IMG/VR virus record: IMGVR_UViG_3300017971_000250
Span: 1-64,000 of that record
DNA length: 64,000 bases
Reading direction: 5' to 3' (one strand)
Origin: a virus
A model generated the notes under the pieces. That model saw only the letters and a list, made by a program, of their open reading frames with translations, was not told the origin of the DNA and made no database searches. Position 1 is the stretch's first letter. Each line of letters starts with the position of its first letter. Both the position numbers and the translations under genes were made by a program. Below are positions 9,740-19,075 of this stretch, in pieces.

Positions 9740-9991
9740 TTACAATCCCAGGTCGCCCTGGCAGTTGTCTCGCGGTCGTGGGGGATCGGTCATTCGATAC
9801 TCGAAGTCGCTCGTCCCCGGAACGCGCCGCTTGACGATGTTGAACCCTTCATCCCGTAGCTCCCGAAGGCGGCGCAGGCCCTCCGGAGCAGGCCGCTCCG
9901 GGGTGCCCGCCGCCCCGCAGACCTCCTGGCCGCCATGCCATTCCCCGTCGCACATCAGAAGCCGGACCCTATCGCGCCCCGCGTCACCCAC
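9740..9991 (-). CDS. small winged-helix/HTH protein
   Basis: DGEWH...EGLRRLRELRDEGFNIVKRR; GTG start after GAGGT (start inferred). Confidence 0.6.
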   Translation of the reverse strand: MGDAGRDRVRLLMCDGEWHGGQEVCGAAGTPERPAPEGLRRLRELRDEGFNIVKRRVPGTSDFEYRMTDPPRPRDNCQGDLGL

Positions 9992-10223
9992 GGGGCGAAA
10001 CCTCAATGTCCCAACCCATCCCCTGTATGATCGAAAGCGCCTGCGCATGAAACTCCGGGGGCAGATTCTCGAAGTCGAAGACCGCGTCGACCGTCCCAAC
10101 CACCTTACCGCCCTTCCGCTCCCTGAAAACGATCATGTCCACGAAGTGCGCCTTCGGCTCCGAGATCACCGTGACCGCCTGGCCGTCGATAATCACGACG
10201 CCCCGTTTACGCTCACCGCTCAT
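9984..10223 (-). CDS. hypothetical protein
   Basis: ATGA overlap with the sbcC stop; start MSGERKRG. Confidence 0.6.
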   Translation of the reverse strand: MSGERKRGVVIIDGQAVTVISEPKAHFVDMIVFRERKGGKVVGTVDAVFDFENLPPEFHAQALSIIQGMGWDIEVSPRG

Positions 10224-12880
10224 GCCGCCTCCAGAATCGAGACGCCGCCTTCCTTCACCGCCCGGAAGGTCCGCTCGAAGACGTCGCTCATCGCAGGCGC
10301 GTGCGAGATCACCACGATCGAGTGCCGCTTCGCCCGCAGGTGAGTCAGTAGGTCCACGACGCGCGCCTGCCCGGTAGCGTCCAGGCCGTCGAGCGCCTCG
10401 TCCATGATCAGCAGGTCGATGGCCGCCCGCTCGCGCCGGGCAACCAGGTCCATCAGCGCCAGGTCGGCCGCGATGGTTATCTTCCTCCACTGGCCTCCGC
10501 TCGGCTGGACGTTGCCCGCGCCCTCGACGTCGACGACGATGCTGAACTTGTCTCGCTTGCCGCCGCCCTTGAGCGCCGCCTCGGTATCGTAGGCGACCCG
10601 GACATCCCCATCGCTCAAGACCTCCAGGTAGCCGTTCGTCAGGTCGGCAAGCTCGCCGATGATGTCGTCGAGGATCTGACTGCGCAGGCCCTGGTTGCCG
10701 AAGCCGCGCACCCAAAACTCCGCGACCGACACTGCCTCCTCCGCGCGGTCTCGCTCGCCCTTCGCCGCATCAATCTCGCCCGCCAGCCGTTTGCGCTCCT
10801 TCCCCACCGCCGCCAGCCTCTTCGACAATCGCTCTGCTGTCTGCTGCAAGGTCCGCACCTGCTCGGCGACCCCGTCGATCCCGACCAGGTCCCGCCGCGC
10901 CGCTTCGAGTCCATCCCTGATCGCATCCCGATCCTTGACCTCCTGCTCTAGCTCGCGTTCGTCCTCCTCGGCGCTGCTGAGTGCCTTCACCGCAGCCGCA
11001 CGCTCCTTGTCCGCCTTCAATGCCTTGCTCGTATGCGCCGCCGCCGCCCTCTTCAGAGATTCGATCGTGGCCGCGACGGTCTCCGCCCCGGTCGGCGTCC
11101 CGCATTCCGGGCACTTGCCTTCGTCCACGAAGGCCGCAACGCGGTCCAGCTTCTCGGAAGCCGCGCGCGTCTCCGCCTGGCTCGTCTGCCGCAGTCCGGC
11201 GATCTTGCTCGATAGCTCCCGCTGCTGCTGCCGGAGCGCCCGCAGGTCGCCTTCGAGGTCACCGGACTCCTCCAACGTCGCCTCCGCCTCGGAGATTGTT
11301 TCGACCAGCGCCTGACGCCCCGCCGTCCGAACCTTGAGCCGTTCCTGCTGCTCCCGGTTCTCCTGAAGGTCGTCTTTGATGCCCTGAAGGTCCTGCCCCT
11401 GCAACGCGGTCTCCAACGGTACGATCCGCGCCGCCGCCGCGTCGCGCTCGCGCTCGGCTGCGGTCCGCTCAGCCTTCACGAACTCCAGCGCCAGGTCCAG
11501 ACCGTCCAGCCGCAGCACCCGGAAGAGGATCGCCTTGCGCTCGGAGTCGGTCGTGCGAGGCATCGCAAACCGCGAGTGGTCGTCCTGCCCGTAGAGGACT
11601 GTCGAGCGGAAGGTTCGGAAGTCGAGCCCGAGCAGCGCCTCGATCTGTTTCTGCGTCTCGGTCATAACCGGCCGCGTGACGTCCTTGCCCGCGTGGGTCA
11701 GCGTCAGCGTGCCCTGCTTCTTGGTCCTCGTTCGGGTGACGAGGTAGGTCTCCCCATCGACGATAATCTCCTGCGTGCCGACCGCCTCCTTCGCCCCGCG
11801 CCGAATGACCTCCTCGTAGCGGTCGCCTTCGATCGTCTCCCCGAAAACGATCCACGACAGCAGCTTCGGTAGGTGGCTCTTGCCGCTATTATGGACCACA
11901 ACACCATTCGCAATGAAGCTGTCCGCGCCCGGGACAGTTATATCGTACACATCAGCCACTCCAGCGGGCTCAACCGAAAGAACAGTGTGGTTCACCGCCT
12001 CTCGTTCCCGCTTGGCACGGAATAACGCACGCATCGTCTCGCTGCGCTTGCGCCTCGTCTCCACGCTCTGCGCGCGTCTCGAATTCGCTGCGCGCATCCT
12101 CGCCTTCGTTTCGGCCGTATGGTGCTTCCCCTTCATCCCACGAGGATGAATCCCCGTTCTCTGCCACCCCAATTTGCCAGCTCGGTTACGCTCGCTCGTA
12201 TGCTGCGAGAGATGCTCTCCACGATTCTTCCATTCCAGATTCCCAATGGAATGATCGAACGGATTACCGTTCAGATGATGAACCTGCTTGTCCCGGAAAC
12301 GCGGTCCGTGTACGGCCCTGCAGACAAATTGCTGCTCACTCACAGCCTGCGAACGTCCCGTCCAATGAATCAGCGTCCTCCACCCTCCCGCCCCTCTCCG
12401 ATACATCGAACACAATCGATCTCCGGGACGAAGATCCCCCAAAGCCCTCCACGTTTGCCCGTCCGAAAGAAGGACCGGATGATCAGCAGTCCCAACAAGC
12501 TCCTGTGGCGGGATGTATTTTTCACCCTGCCCCGCCCCCTGTCGCGTCGCATACTTCGAAAGCATCACCCGAATCACGGGGGCGGACTTCTTGGTCAAAA
12601 CAACTCGCGAAGCTCTCCGAATCACAATTCGCCCATCCGACCACGCATAAACCCAGGGGCGCTCTCCCACCAAATCCCCGATCGGGATCCCTTTTGGAAA
12701 CCGACGCAGATCGCGTGGACAATCAATCAACGTCTCTCCCACTAAACAGCCGTTCGAGCCCGCCGAGGTGGTGTCGTGATTGTCGCCGTCGATCAGGGTG
12801 AGCCCGGGAAGGCTCCAGTCGAACTCGACCTCTTTGAAGGGACCGAAATCACGCCCGCTCATCTTGCCGAATTGGATCAT
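10220..12880 (-). CDS. sbcC: SbcC/Rad50/gp46-like recombination ATPase, intein-containing
   Basis: Walker A GSNG|SGKS split by an intein, coiled coils, Zn-hook CPEC, signature PSGGQ, Walker B LLIMDE, ISH. Confidence 0.92.
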   Translation of the reverse strand: MIQFGKMSGRDFGPFKEVEFDWSLPGLTLIDGDNHDTTSAGSNGCLVGETLIDCPRDLRRFPKGIPIGDLVGERPWVYAWSDGRIVIRRASRVVLTKKSAPVIRVMLSKYATRQGAGQGEKYIPPQELVGTADHPVLLSDGQTWRALGDLRPGDRLCSMYRRGAGGWRTLIHWTGRSQAVSEQQFVCRAVHGPRFRDKQVHHLNGNPFDHSIGNLEWKNRGEHLSQHTSERNRAGKLGWQRTGIHPRGMKGKHHTAETKARMRAANSRRAQSVETRRKRSETMRALFRAKREREAVNHTVLSVEPAGVADVYDITVPGADSFIANGVVVHNSGKSHLPKLLSWIVFGETIEGDRYEEVIRRGAKEAVGTQEIIVDGETYLVTRTRTKKQGTLTLTHAGKDVTRPVMTETQKQIEALLGLDFRTFRSTVLYGQDDHSRFAMPRTTDSERKAILFRVLRLDGLDLALEFVKAERTAAERERDAAAARIVPLETALQGQDLQGIKDDLQENREQQERLKVRTAGRQALVETISEAEATLEESGDLEGDLRALRQQQRELSSKIAGLRQTSQAETRAASEKLDRVAAFVDEGKCPECGTPTGAETVAATIESLKRAAAAHTSKALKADKERAAAVKALSSAEEDERELEQEVKDRDAIRDGLEAARRDLVGIDGVAEQVRTLQQTAERLSKRLAAVGKERKRLAGEIDAAKGERDRAEEAVSVAEFWVRGFGNQGLRSQILDDIIGELADLTNGYLEVLSDGDVRVAYDTEAALKGGGKRDKFSIVVDVEGAGNVQPSGGQWRKITIAADLALMDLVARRERAAIDLLIMDEALDGLDATGQARVVDLLTHLRAKRHSIVVISHAPAMSDVFERTFRAVKEGGVSILEAA
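11888..12748 (-). mobile_element. intein (287 aa) with in-frame HNH and NUMOD3-like endonuclease, inserted in the SbcC P-loop
   Basis: Starts CLVGET; block B GTADHP; VHHLNGNPFDHSIGNLE (HNH); GKHHTAETKARM; ends VYDITV...NGVVVHN followed by Ser. Confidence 0.93.
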
Positions 12881-13056
12881 ATCCCAGTCGCCTCCCCGTC
12901 GCCGCCGTAGCCATAGCTGCGCTGCCGCTCAAGCCGCGCGCGCAACCGCTCCCTCTTGATCGCACGCTTCGACGCCAGGTGGTCCGAGATAACGCCGAGC
13001 CCCCATCCGAGAATGAACGTCCCAATCGAAAGCAGCGCCACTCCCCAGTCCGGCAT
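12877..13056 (-). CDS. small membrane protein
   Basis: MPDWGVALLSIGTFILGWGLGV hydrophobic helix and basic tail; coupled at both ends. Confidence 0.6.
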   Translation of the reverse strand: MPDWGVALLSIGTFILGWGLGVISDHLASKRAIKRERLRARLERQRSYGYGGDGEATGI

Positions 13057-13478
13057 CACTCGATTCTCCTGAACCGCGACCCCGCGTAGCCGCTCTCCCA
13101 CGGCGGCACGCCGATCTTGTACGGGTTATACCACCAGAACCGTTCGATGAACTGCTGCGCGACGACCTCAATCGTATCGCGCGGGACCCATCCGAGTAGG
13201 GTAGGCCCAATCACGAAAGTCGAATCGGGCTGCCAGAGCGTGTCGGGCTCCGTCGAGTAGGCCATCATCGATACCTCGTAGCGCCCGGGTTCGACACCCT
13301 CCGGGAGCCCATAGGTGATCTTGAATAGCTGGAGCGAATCCTCGGGCGGGCTCACCAATTCGATCAACGCCCTGCCCGTGACGTGCTGCCGCTTGAAGAG
13401 AACCGTCCCCTCGTCCTGTGCCGCAGCCGCCGTCACCAGCGCGACCGCGAGCGCCGCCATCAAGATTGCTGTTCGCAT
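13056..13478 (-). CDS. secreted hypothetical protein
   Basis: Start MRTAILMAALAVALVTAAAA (signal peptide); TGATG overlap. Confidence 0.65.
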   Translation of the reverse strand: MRTAILMAALAVALVTAAAAQDEGTVLFKRQHVTGRALIELVSPPEDSLQLFKITYGLPEGVEPGRYEVSMMAYSTEPDTLWQPDSTFVIGPTLLGWVPRDTIEVVAQQFIERFWWYNPYKIGVPPWESGYAGSRFRRIE

Positions 13479-13987
13479 CACGACCTCCCCTGCGTCGGGA
13501 AGTCGCCGACCCGACGCCCTTTCGGCCTCGAACCCCCCGCCGCCTTCGCCGCCGCGCGGTCGTCCGCCTGCGCCTTCTTGTGTTCGAGGAAACGCATCAG
13601 CGCCTCCGGTCGCGCGCCGAAGGCCATCTCCAAGCCCGGCTCCTCGGGTTGCGCCAGGTAGGCGCGCATCGAAACCTGCGACCGTAGCACCGGCAGGTGG
13701 AGCGCCCGCGCAAGCTCCTCCTCGGCCTTCGCCCCCTCTGATTCCTCCCATCCCGGGAGCAGGTACACCGCGTCGCAGCGCGTCAGCGCCTCCAGATATC
13801 CCATCAGAAACGCCTCATCGGGAATCCCCGCTGCCCTGTGAAAGAATCGCGTGTTGGTGTGGGGGCAGAACGCCATCCCGCCCGCGCGCCAAACCTCCAA
13901 CGCCGCCTCCTCCGCTACCCGGACCCGCTGCTCGACCTCCCAGGCCGTCTCGCCCCGGAACGGACCCACGATAAAGACCACCCTCAT
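13478..13987 (-). CDS. DUF4406 / nucleoside 2-deoxyribosyltransferase-like protein
   Basis: VFIVGP...CPH...CDAVYLLPGWEESEGAKAE. Confidence 0.8.
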   Translation of the reverse strand: MRVVFIVGPFRGETAWEVEQRVRVAEEAALEVWRAGGMAFCPHTNTRFFHRAAGIPDEAFLMGYLEALTRCDAVYLLPGWEESEGAKAEEELARALHLPVLRSQVSMRAYLAQPEEPGLEMAFGARPEALMRFLEHKKAQADDRAAAKAAGGSRPKGRRVGDFPTQGRS

Positions 13988-15150
13988 AGCTTCTCCCCCG
14001 CCGCGCTCAGCGCCCGCTCCCCTAGCTCCAGGACCCGCGCGCGGTCCAGCCCCTCGGGGTTCTGTTGCTCGACGTATCCCCGCATCGCAGCAGGGATACT
14101 GATCGTGCCGCCCGCCGTCTTCTTGATCTTGAGCCTGCTCTTTGCCGCCGCCGTGACGACGTGCGTCACCTTCACGAGCCGCACACCGACCTCACGCTGG
14201 AGCATCTCGTATTGACTAGTCCACTCCTCGGTCCGCTTGACCGCATCCTCGGTCCCATGAACCTGCACCCAAACGTAGTCGCCCGCCTGCGGGGCGGCCG
14301 CCTGCCCCGTTTCATCATCGACGTCGACGCGCAGCTTGCCGCCCTCGATCGTCGCCTGAACCGGGATTACATGAAACTTCGGCACGCTCGTAACGCGGAC
14401 CTTCGTACGCTCGACGATCTTGGGGCCTTCGATCGAGATATCCCAAAAGCCCCGCTCGCTCCCCGCGTCGCCGAAGGTATGCTGTAGCGGGGCACCGAGG
14501 TAGAAGATCTGGTCCGTGATGTCTTGAGGGTCGTGGTAGTGACCAAGGATAGCGCCCGCAAAGGGAGCAAGCTCCTGCGGTCGGATCCCGTCGGGAGCGA
14601 TCCACTCCCCGGAGCGAACGCCGACGATGGTCTGGTGACCGACGACGAAGGTGTCCTTCGCCCACTTCTGCTCAGCCGCCTCCTCCAGAATCTCGCGCGT
14701 GGCCATCTTGGGCTTGTAGGAGACCGGGAGAAAGCGCACGCCCCCGAATTCCTCGGGGGGCAAAGGCCGCTCCTCGGCATCATAGATCCGGATCCGGTCT
14801 TCCCCCATCTCGCTCAGCGCGTCGAGCGTATAGTAGACCGCCGCCGCGTCGTGCGCATCGTGGTTGCCACCTATCATGTGGATCCGATTCACCGCGTCCG
14901 TAGCGAGCAGCTTGTGAAGGGTCCGAATGACGGCCCGCAGGGTGATCGCATCGAGCAGCCGCTTATCGAATAGGTCGCCAGCGATCCAGAGGTCCTCGAT
15001 TCCGTTCGTCTGCGCGTAGCGCCCCATCTCCTTGAGCACGGAGACCGTATCGATCAAGCGGTCCGTGATCAGGGAGTCCGCTCCGCGCTTCGCATAGGGG
15101 AGCCCGTTGTAGATGTGGACATCGGCGGTCCAGAGCGCACGGTAGCTCAT
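13984..15150 (-). CDS. sbcD: SbcD/Mre11/gp47-like metallophosphoesterase nuclease
   Basis: ADVH, AGDLFD, GNHD, GHQ, LGHYH; close to sbcC. Confidence 0.9.
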   Translation of the reverse strand: MSYRALWTADVHIYNGLPYAKRGADSLITDRLIDTVSVLKEMGRYAQTNGIEDLWIAGDLFDKRLLDAITLRAVIRTLHKLLATDAVNRIHMIGGNHDAHDAAAVYYTLDALSEMGEDRIRIYDAEERPLPPEEFGGVRFLPVSYKPKMATREILEEAAEQKWAKDTFVVGHQTIVGVRSGEWIAPDGIRPQELAPFAGAILGHYHDPQDITDQIFYLGAPLQHTFGDAGSERGFWDISIEGPKIVERTKVRVTSVPKFHVIPVQATIEGGKLRVDVDDETGQAAAPQAGDYVWVQVHGTEDAVKRTEEWTSQYEMLQREVGVRLVKVTHVVTAAAKSRLKIKKTAGGTISIPAAMRGYVEQQNPEGLDRARVLELGERALSAAGEKL

Positions 15151-15187
15151 TGCGACGCCTCCAGGATCGTCTCCATGATCCGGTCCA

Positions 15188-15358
15188 TCAATTCATCGGC
15201 CCTATCTCACCATCCTCGGGACAACCAAGCCGCGCCTCGAAGTAGGACACCAGTGCGATCGCCAGGTTGTCCTCGAAGCTATCGCTATTCTCAATGGCAT
15301 CGAGGCAGCCAACCTTCTGACGGATCTCCTCCCACCTCCGCGATCCTTTTTCAATCAC
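15188..15358 (-). CDS. 56-aa hypothetical protein, possibly frameshift-truncated
   Basis: GTGA overlap; MIEKGSRRWEEIRQKVG...; another frame continues DELMDRIMETILEASQ* up to the sbcD start. Confidence 0.4.
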   Translation of the reverse strand: MIEKGSRRWEEIRQKVGCLDAIENSDSFEDNLAIALVSYFEARLGCPEDGEIGPMN

Positions 15359-15522
15359 TGCGCCTCATCCTCCCCGAATGCCTTCTTGATTGCGGCCTCG
15401 ACGACCCGGGGCTTCGACCACCCATCGACGCGCATTTCGACGTCGCCACAGTCCTTGCACTTCCGAATTAGGATGTAGCCGTCATAAAACAAGATATCGA
15501 ACCGATCGTGCTTGCACATCAT
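15355..15522 (-). CDS. 55-aa Cys-containing protein (not in ORF track)
   Basis: ATGA overlap; MMCKH...RKCKDCG. Confidence 0.55.
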   Translation of the reverse strand: MMCKHDRFDILFYDGYILIRKCKDCGDVEMRVDGWSKPRVVEAAIKKAFGEDEAQ

Positions 15523-15716
15523 GCGCCCCGCACGCTCACCTGGACGAGGACCGCCTTCGGGGCCGGGTCGCCGAGCACCTTCTTGGCGATGTAGATGTTC
15601 GCTACCGGAGCCTCGGGGTCCTTCGCCTCGTAGCGGATCGAATGCTTGCAGACCTTCCCCTGCTCCAACTCGATCGCGATTCCGTCTCCGCCCTCGGCCA
15701 GTTTCTGATCACTCAT
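15519..15716 (-). CDS. hypothetical protein (65 aa)
   Basis: GGAGG SD, ATGA overlap with the recA stop; MSDQKLAEGG... Confidence 0.65.
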   Translation of the reverse strand: MSDQKLAEGGDGIAIELEQGKVCKHSIRYEAKDPEAPVANIYIAKKVLGDPAPKAVLVQVSVRGA

Positions 15717-16789
15717 TGTTTCCTCCCGAATTTGAGCTTCGCCTCGATCGCCTCCAGGACCTCGGTCCGATCCGCGATCAGCTTCCGAAAGCCCCGGACG
15801 CCCTGCCACTTGATCGGCTTGCCGCCGTTGGTGAGCGGAGGCATATCGTACCAACCGCCCGCACCCGAATTCAGGACGCCCTCCTTCTCCGCCTGCCGGA
15901 GCAACGCGTCCTCGTAGTCGACGCCCTCTCCGAAGCGAACCACGAAGTCGGCCTTCGCCCACGGCATCCCAATCTGGCTCTTGATGATCGTAGCCTCGAC
16001 GTTCTGCGCGACCGCCTTGCCGCCCCCCTCCTCGCCGCCATCCTTGACCTGCTTGCGCCGCGCCAGGTCGATCACCAGCGCCGAGTAGAACTCCGGAGCC
16101 CGGCCGCCCGCGATCTTCTTGCGCGCCTTGTAGGCTCCGATCATCTCGCGCGTTTGGGAAATGAAGACGAGCGCAACCGAGAGCCCGTCCATATCCACGA
16201 TCAGCTTCGGAAGGATCCAGGACATTACACTCGCCTGCGAGCCCGGGCGCGGGGAGTCGCCATAGTCGGACTCGTAGTCGCCCTCCGCAATCGCCGCGTT
16301 GATCGAATCGAGCACGACGAGCACCGGGGTCGCCGCGTCCTTCTCCCGCACCGCCGTCACCATTCCCCTCAGCAGTTGACAGCACTCCTCTAGGTGCTTC
16401 GGTCGCGGAACGATCAGGTCCCCCAACTTCACCCCTAGATCCCGCGCGTATCCCCAGTCCGCCTTTCGCTCGGCATCGATGAAGACCGCGATGCCGCCGC
16501 GCTCCTGGACCTCCGCGCATAGCTGAAAACCGAGCGTCGTCTTCCCGGTAGACGGATCGCCCGTGATGATTGTCAGGCGCGCGAGCGGAACGCCCCCGCG
16601 CTTCGTCGCGGCGTCCAGGGTCGGACAGCGAGTCGAGATCACCCCCGGGATGGTGAGCGGGACCTCGCTACCGAGACGCACCAGGCCGTCGCCTCGGCCC
16701 TTCCCCATTGACGAGACGATCCGGCTCACCAGCCGGTCGCTCGGCGGACGCCGCGACGTCTTCTTCTTCACGCTAGCCAGCCTTCGCAC
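15713..16789 (-). CDS. recA: RecA/UvsX recombinase
   Basis: ISTRCPTLD, Walker A GDPSTGKT, FIDAE, VLDS, FISQTR, GGRAPEFYS. Confidence 0.93.
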   Translation of the reverse strand: MRRLASVKKKTSRRPPSDRLVSRIVSSMGKGRGDGLVRLGSEVPLTIPGVISTRCPTLDAATKRGGVPLARLTIITGDPSTGKTTLGFQLCAEVQERGGIAVFIDAERKADWGYARDLGVKLGDLIVPRPKHLEECCQLLRGMVTAVREKDAATPVLVVLDSINAAIAEGDYESDYGDSPRPGSQASVMSWILPKLIVDMDGLSVALVFISQTREMIGAYKARKKIAGGRAPEFYSALVIDLARRKQVKDGGEEGGGKAVAQNVEATIIKSQIGMPWAKADFVVRFGEGVDYEDALLRQAEKEGVLNSGAGGWYDMPPLTNGGKPIKWQGVRGFRKLIADRTEVLEAIEAKLKFGRKQ

Positions 16790-18074
16790 GCCGTGCTGAC
16801 TTCCGCTTCGCTCCGGCCGTTCCGGTCTTGCGCTTCTTCTTGTCTAGCTCCTGCCGAAGACGCGACACCGATTCGGGCTGCTCCGGTTCGGGAGCCTTCG
16901 CAGGGTTCTCCTTACCGTCCTCGCCCTCGCCATCAAAAGGGATGCCGTCGTCCTCGTCGTCCAGGACCTCGTCGTCCTCGTCGTCCAGGACCTCGTCGTC
17001 GTCCCCAACCACGAGCGGGGTCACCTTCATGGTCGGCTTCGCCTTGACGCGTTTGCCGTCGTTCGTCGTGAAGATCGCAAGGCCACCTTCGATGCCCTCG
17101 AACTTCCCCTCGCGCCCCTTGAAGCCATACCACTCGCCGACCTCCGCGTCCTGCGCGGGGATCTCCTCAGCGGGCTCGGCCTCTTCCTCTTCCTCTTCCA
17201 CGTCGTCGTCGTCGTCGCCCGGCTCGCGCTCCTCCGGGGCAGCGGATTCGTCTTCGTCGTCTTCGAGAGCGGGGCCGTCACTCTCCTCAACCTCGGCCTC
17301 CTCGTCCTCTTCGGCGACCGCAACGCCCTCCAGGAACCCCGCCGCCGTCGGGCGGTCATAGCAGAGCTTTGCCGCCATCTGATACATATCGCCGGAGCCG
17401 CCGTGCTGGAGCGCGTCTTCGATCATGGCCACCATCTCGTCGCCGAGCCGCTTCGGCTTCTGCGCCGTCGTAGCGTCGACCGATACCTTGTACTTCGTGC
17501 CGTGCTTGCCCGAGCCGACACGGTTCACGCGCGCAAAGATCGCGGCATCGTAGTCGCTCGGGTCGTCGAACTCGCCAAAGATATCGAGCAGGCCGTCGTA
17601 GATCGTCCAGCCCTCGAAGATCGGGACGACCTCGTAGGGCTCCAACTTCTTCCATCCCGCCCCGCCACTACGGCGGAACGCGATCGGCACGACGTTCCAC
17701 AAATACTTCCACTTGAGCTTCATGTCCTCGGCCGCCTCACCCGTCACCGCGCCGGAAGCGAGCGCCTCGCAGACCGGGCAGCCGCCTTCGATGTCCTTCT
17801 CCGCGAGGAACTCCTGAATGAATGGGTGCGCCAGGATCTTGTTTTTCGCCGGATCCAGACAGACCACCATCTTGTTGTCCGGCCCGACGCCGTAGTGAAC
17901 CGCGACCGGATAGACGCATCGCTTGTCCTCGGGTCGACAAACCGGGCAAACGAAGATCAGCGTGTCGCCCTCGTTGAACCCGAAGAAGTCCTTGCGCCCG
18001 CCTTCGAAGCGAGCCAGCCGCATCGATTCGGTGTCGGTCTTACGACTCGCCCGACGTCTCGTCTTCACCGCCAT
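16773..18074 (-). CDS. gp32-like single-stranded DNA-binding protein with long acidic tail
   Basis: VHY...C...CPVCE zinc motif, YLWNV, G..TKYKV, very acidic C-terminal half; lies between uvsY-like and recA. Confidence 0.7.
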   Translation of the reverse strand: MAVKTRRRASRKTDTESMRLARFEGGRKDFFGFNEGDTLIFVCPVCRPEDKRCVYPVAVHYGVGPDNKMVVCLDPAKNKILAHPFIQEFLAEKDIEGGCPVCEALASGAVTGEAAEDMKLKWKYLWNVVPIAFRRSGGAGWKKLEPYEVVPIFEGWTIYDGLLDIFGEFDDPSDYDAAIFARVNRVGSGKHGTKYKVSVDATTAQKPKRLGDEMVAMIEDALQHGGSGDMYQMAAKLCYDRPTAAGFLEGVAVAEEDEEAEVEESDGPALEDDEDESAAPEEREPGDDDDDVEEEEEEAEPAEEIPAQDAEVGEWYGFKGREGKFEGIEGGLAIFTTNDGKRVKAKPTMKVTPLVVGDDDEVLDDEDDEVLDDEDDGIPFDGEGEDGKENPAKAPEPEQPESVSRLRQELDKKKRKTGTAGAKRKSARRAKAG

Positions 18075-18606
18075 CAGACTCTCCCTTCTTGCGCCGACGC
18101 CGCGAACGCGACATCGCCGCCTCCATCTTGCCCAGTTTCTCTTCCTCGGTCTTCGTGGTCGGCTCATCGCTCGGGTCCTCGCCGACACGACCGTGGATTT
18201 CCTCCGCTCGTTCACGGCCGAGCATCCGCGTCAGGATTTCGGCCTTCTGCCGGAAGCAGTCGAAGAGAACGCGCGCCTTGGCCGCGTTCGATTCAGCCTC
18301 CGCGATGTTGTCCTTCAGGGCTCGGAACGCGGGGTCCTGCTCCATGAAGGCGACCGCCTTCCACTCGGCCGGATCCTTCCCCTTGTCTCCCGTTCCCATC
18401 TGTGCGGTCAGCGCCTGGCCGCGCCAGCTTCGGTACGCGATGTCAGCACGCTCGCGCTCCCCAACCGCCGCCGCCCACACCGCTCCCCAAAACCCCATCT
18501 CCGCACAGACCCTTTGCCGCGCCGCTTCCGGGGAGCCGGTGATCGTTAGCTCCTTCTCGATATCGACGACGTGGGTTTCCCCGTCGACGACCATTTCAAT
18601 CTTCAT
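18040..18606 (-). CDS. UvsY-like recombination mediator
   Basis: Helical protein (EKELTI...FRQKAEIL); syntenic with SSB and RecA; GGAGG SD before ATG 18606. Confidence 0.55.
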   Translation of the reverse strand: MKIEMVVDGETHVVDIEKELTITGSPEAARQRVCAEMGFWGAVWAAAVGERERADIAYRSWRGQALTAQMGTGDKGKDPAEWKAVAFMEQDPAFRALKDNIAEAESNAAKARVLFDCFRQKAEILTRMLGRERAEEIHGRVGEDPSDEPTTKTEEEKLGKMEAAMSRSRRRRKKGESDGGEDETSGES

Positions 18607-18707
18607 CGTGCCCTCCAGCGGGGGCGAGCAGGGGCCGGTTCGAGTCGCCGAGGAACCGATGTGAACCACTGCGCCCGTCGCGGCATCCCTGCTCCCCGCA
18701 TCGTTTG

Positions 18708-19040
18708 CTATCCTGTGCCACGCCCTCTTCCCATGAGCCGTCTCCGAACGTGGTCCCGGAGCGACTGGAGCGGTCTGAATCGAAACTCCAGCCCGGCCGG
18801 GACGACGCGGTTTCGGATGCGTCTCGACCCCGGACTAACCGGGACCCGCTGCACCCGCTCCTCGCGGGGCCGACCATAGAAGCGCCCGAACCGAGGTATC
18901 ATCACCTGGCGTCCCGTCAGGACCGCCTCGGTGATTTGCTTGAAGAGCGCCCGCGCCTCATCGGGTTCGACTCCAGCGTCCTCACATAGCTGCGCGAACG
19001 AATAGAGCTTCAGCGATGAGACCTTTCTCGAACGTGGCAT
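18708..19040 (-). CDS. HU/IHF-like DNA-binding protein
   Basis: GRQVMIPRFGRF...VPAG..FRFRP..SLR arm motif. Confidence 0.85.
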   Translation of the reverse strand: MPRSRKVSSLKLYSFAQLCEDAGVEPDEARALFKQITEAVLTGRQVMIPRFGRFYGRPREERVQRVPVSPGSRRIRNRVVPAGLEFRFRPLQSLRDHVRRRLMGRGRGTG

Positions 19041-19075
19041 CCTTCTGCCTCCTTCCCTATGTGCGGCCGCTGTCC

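Noticed and set aside
16946-17000. 24-bp tandem duplication in the SSB tail (DDEVLDDE x2)
   Set aside because: Ordinary slippage in a low-complexity acidic tail.
18637-18646. GGTTCGAGTC resembling a tRNA T-loop
   Set aside because: No cloverleaf or acceptor stem in the right arrangement. I found no tRNA in the window.
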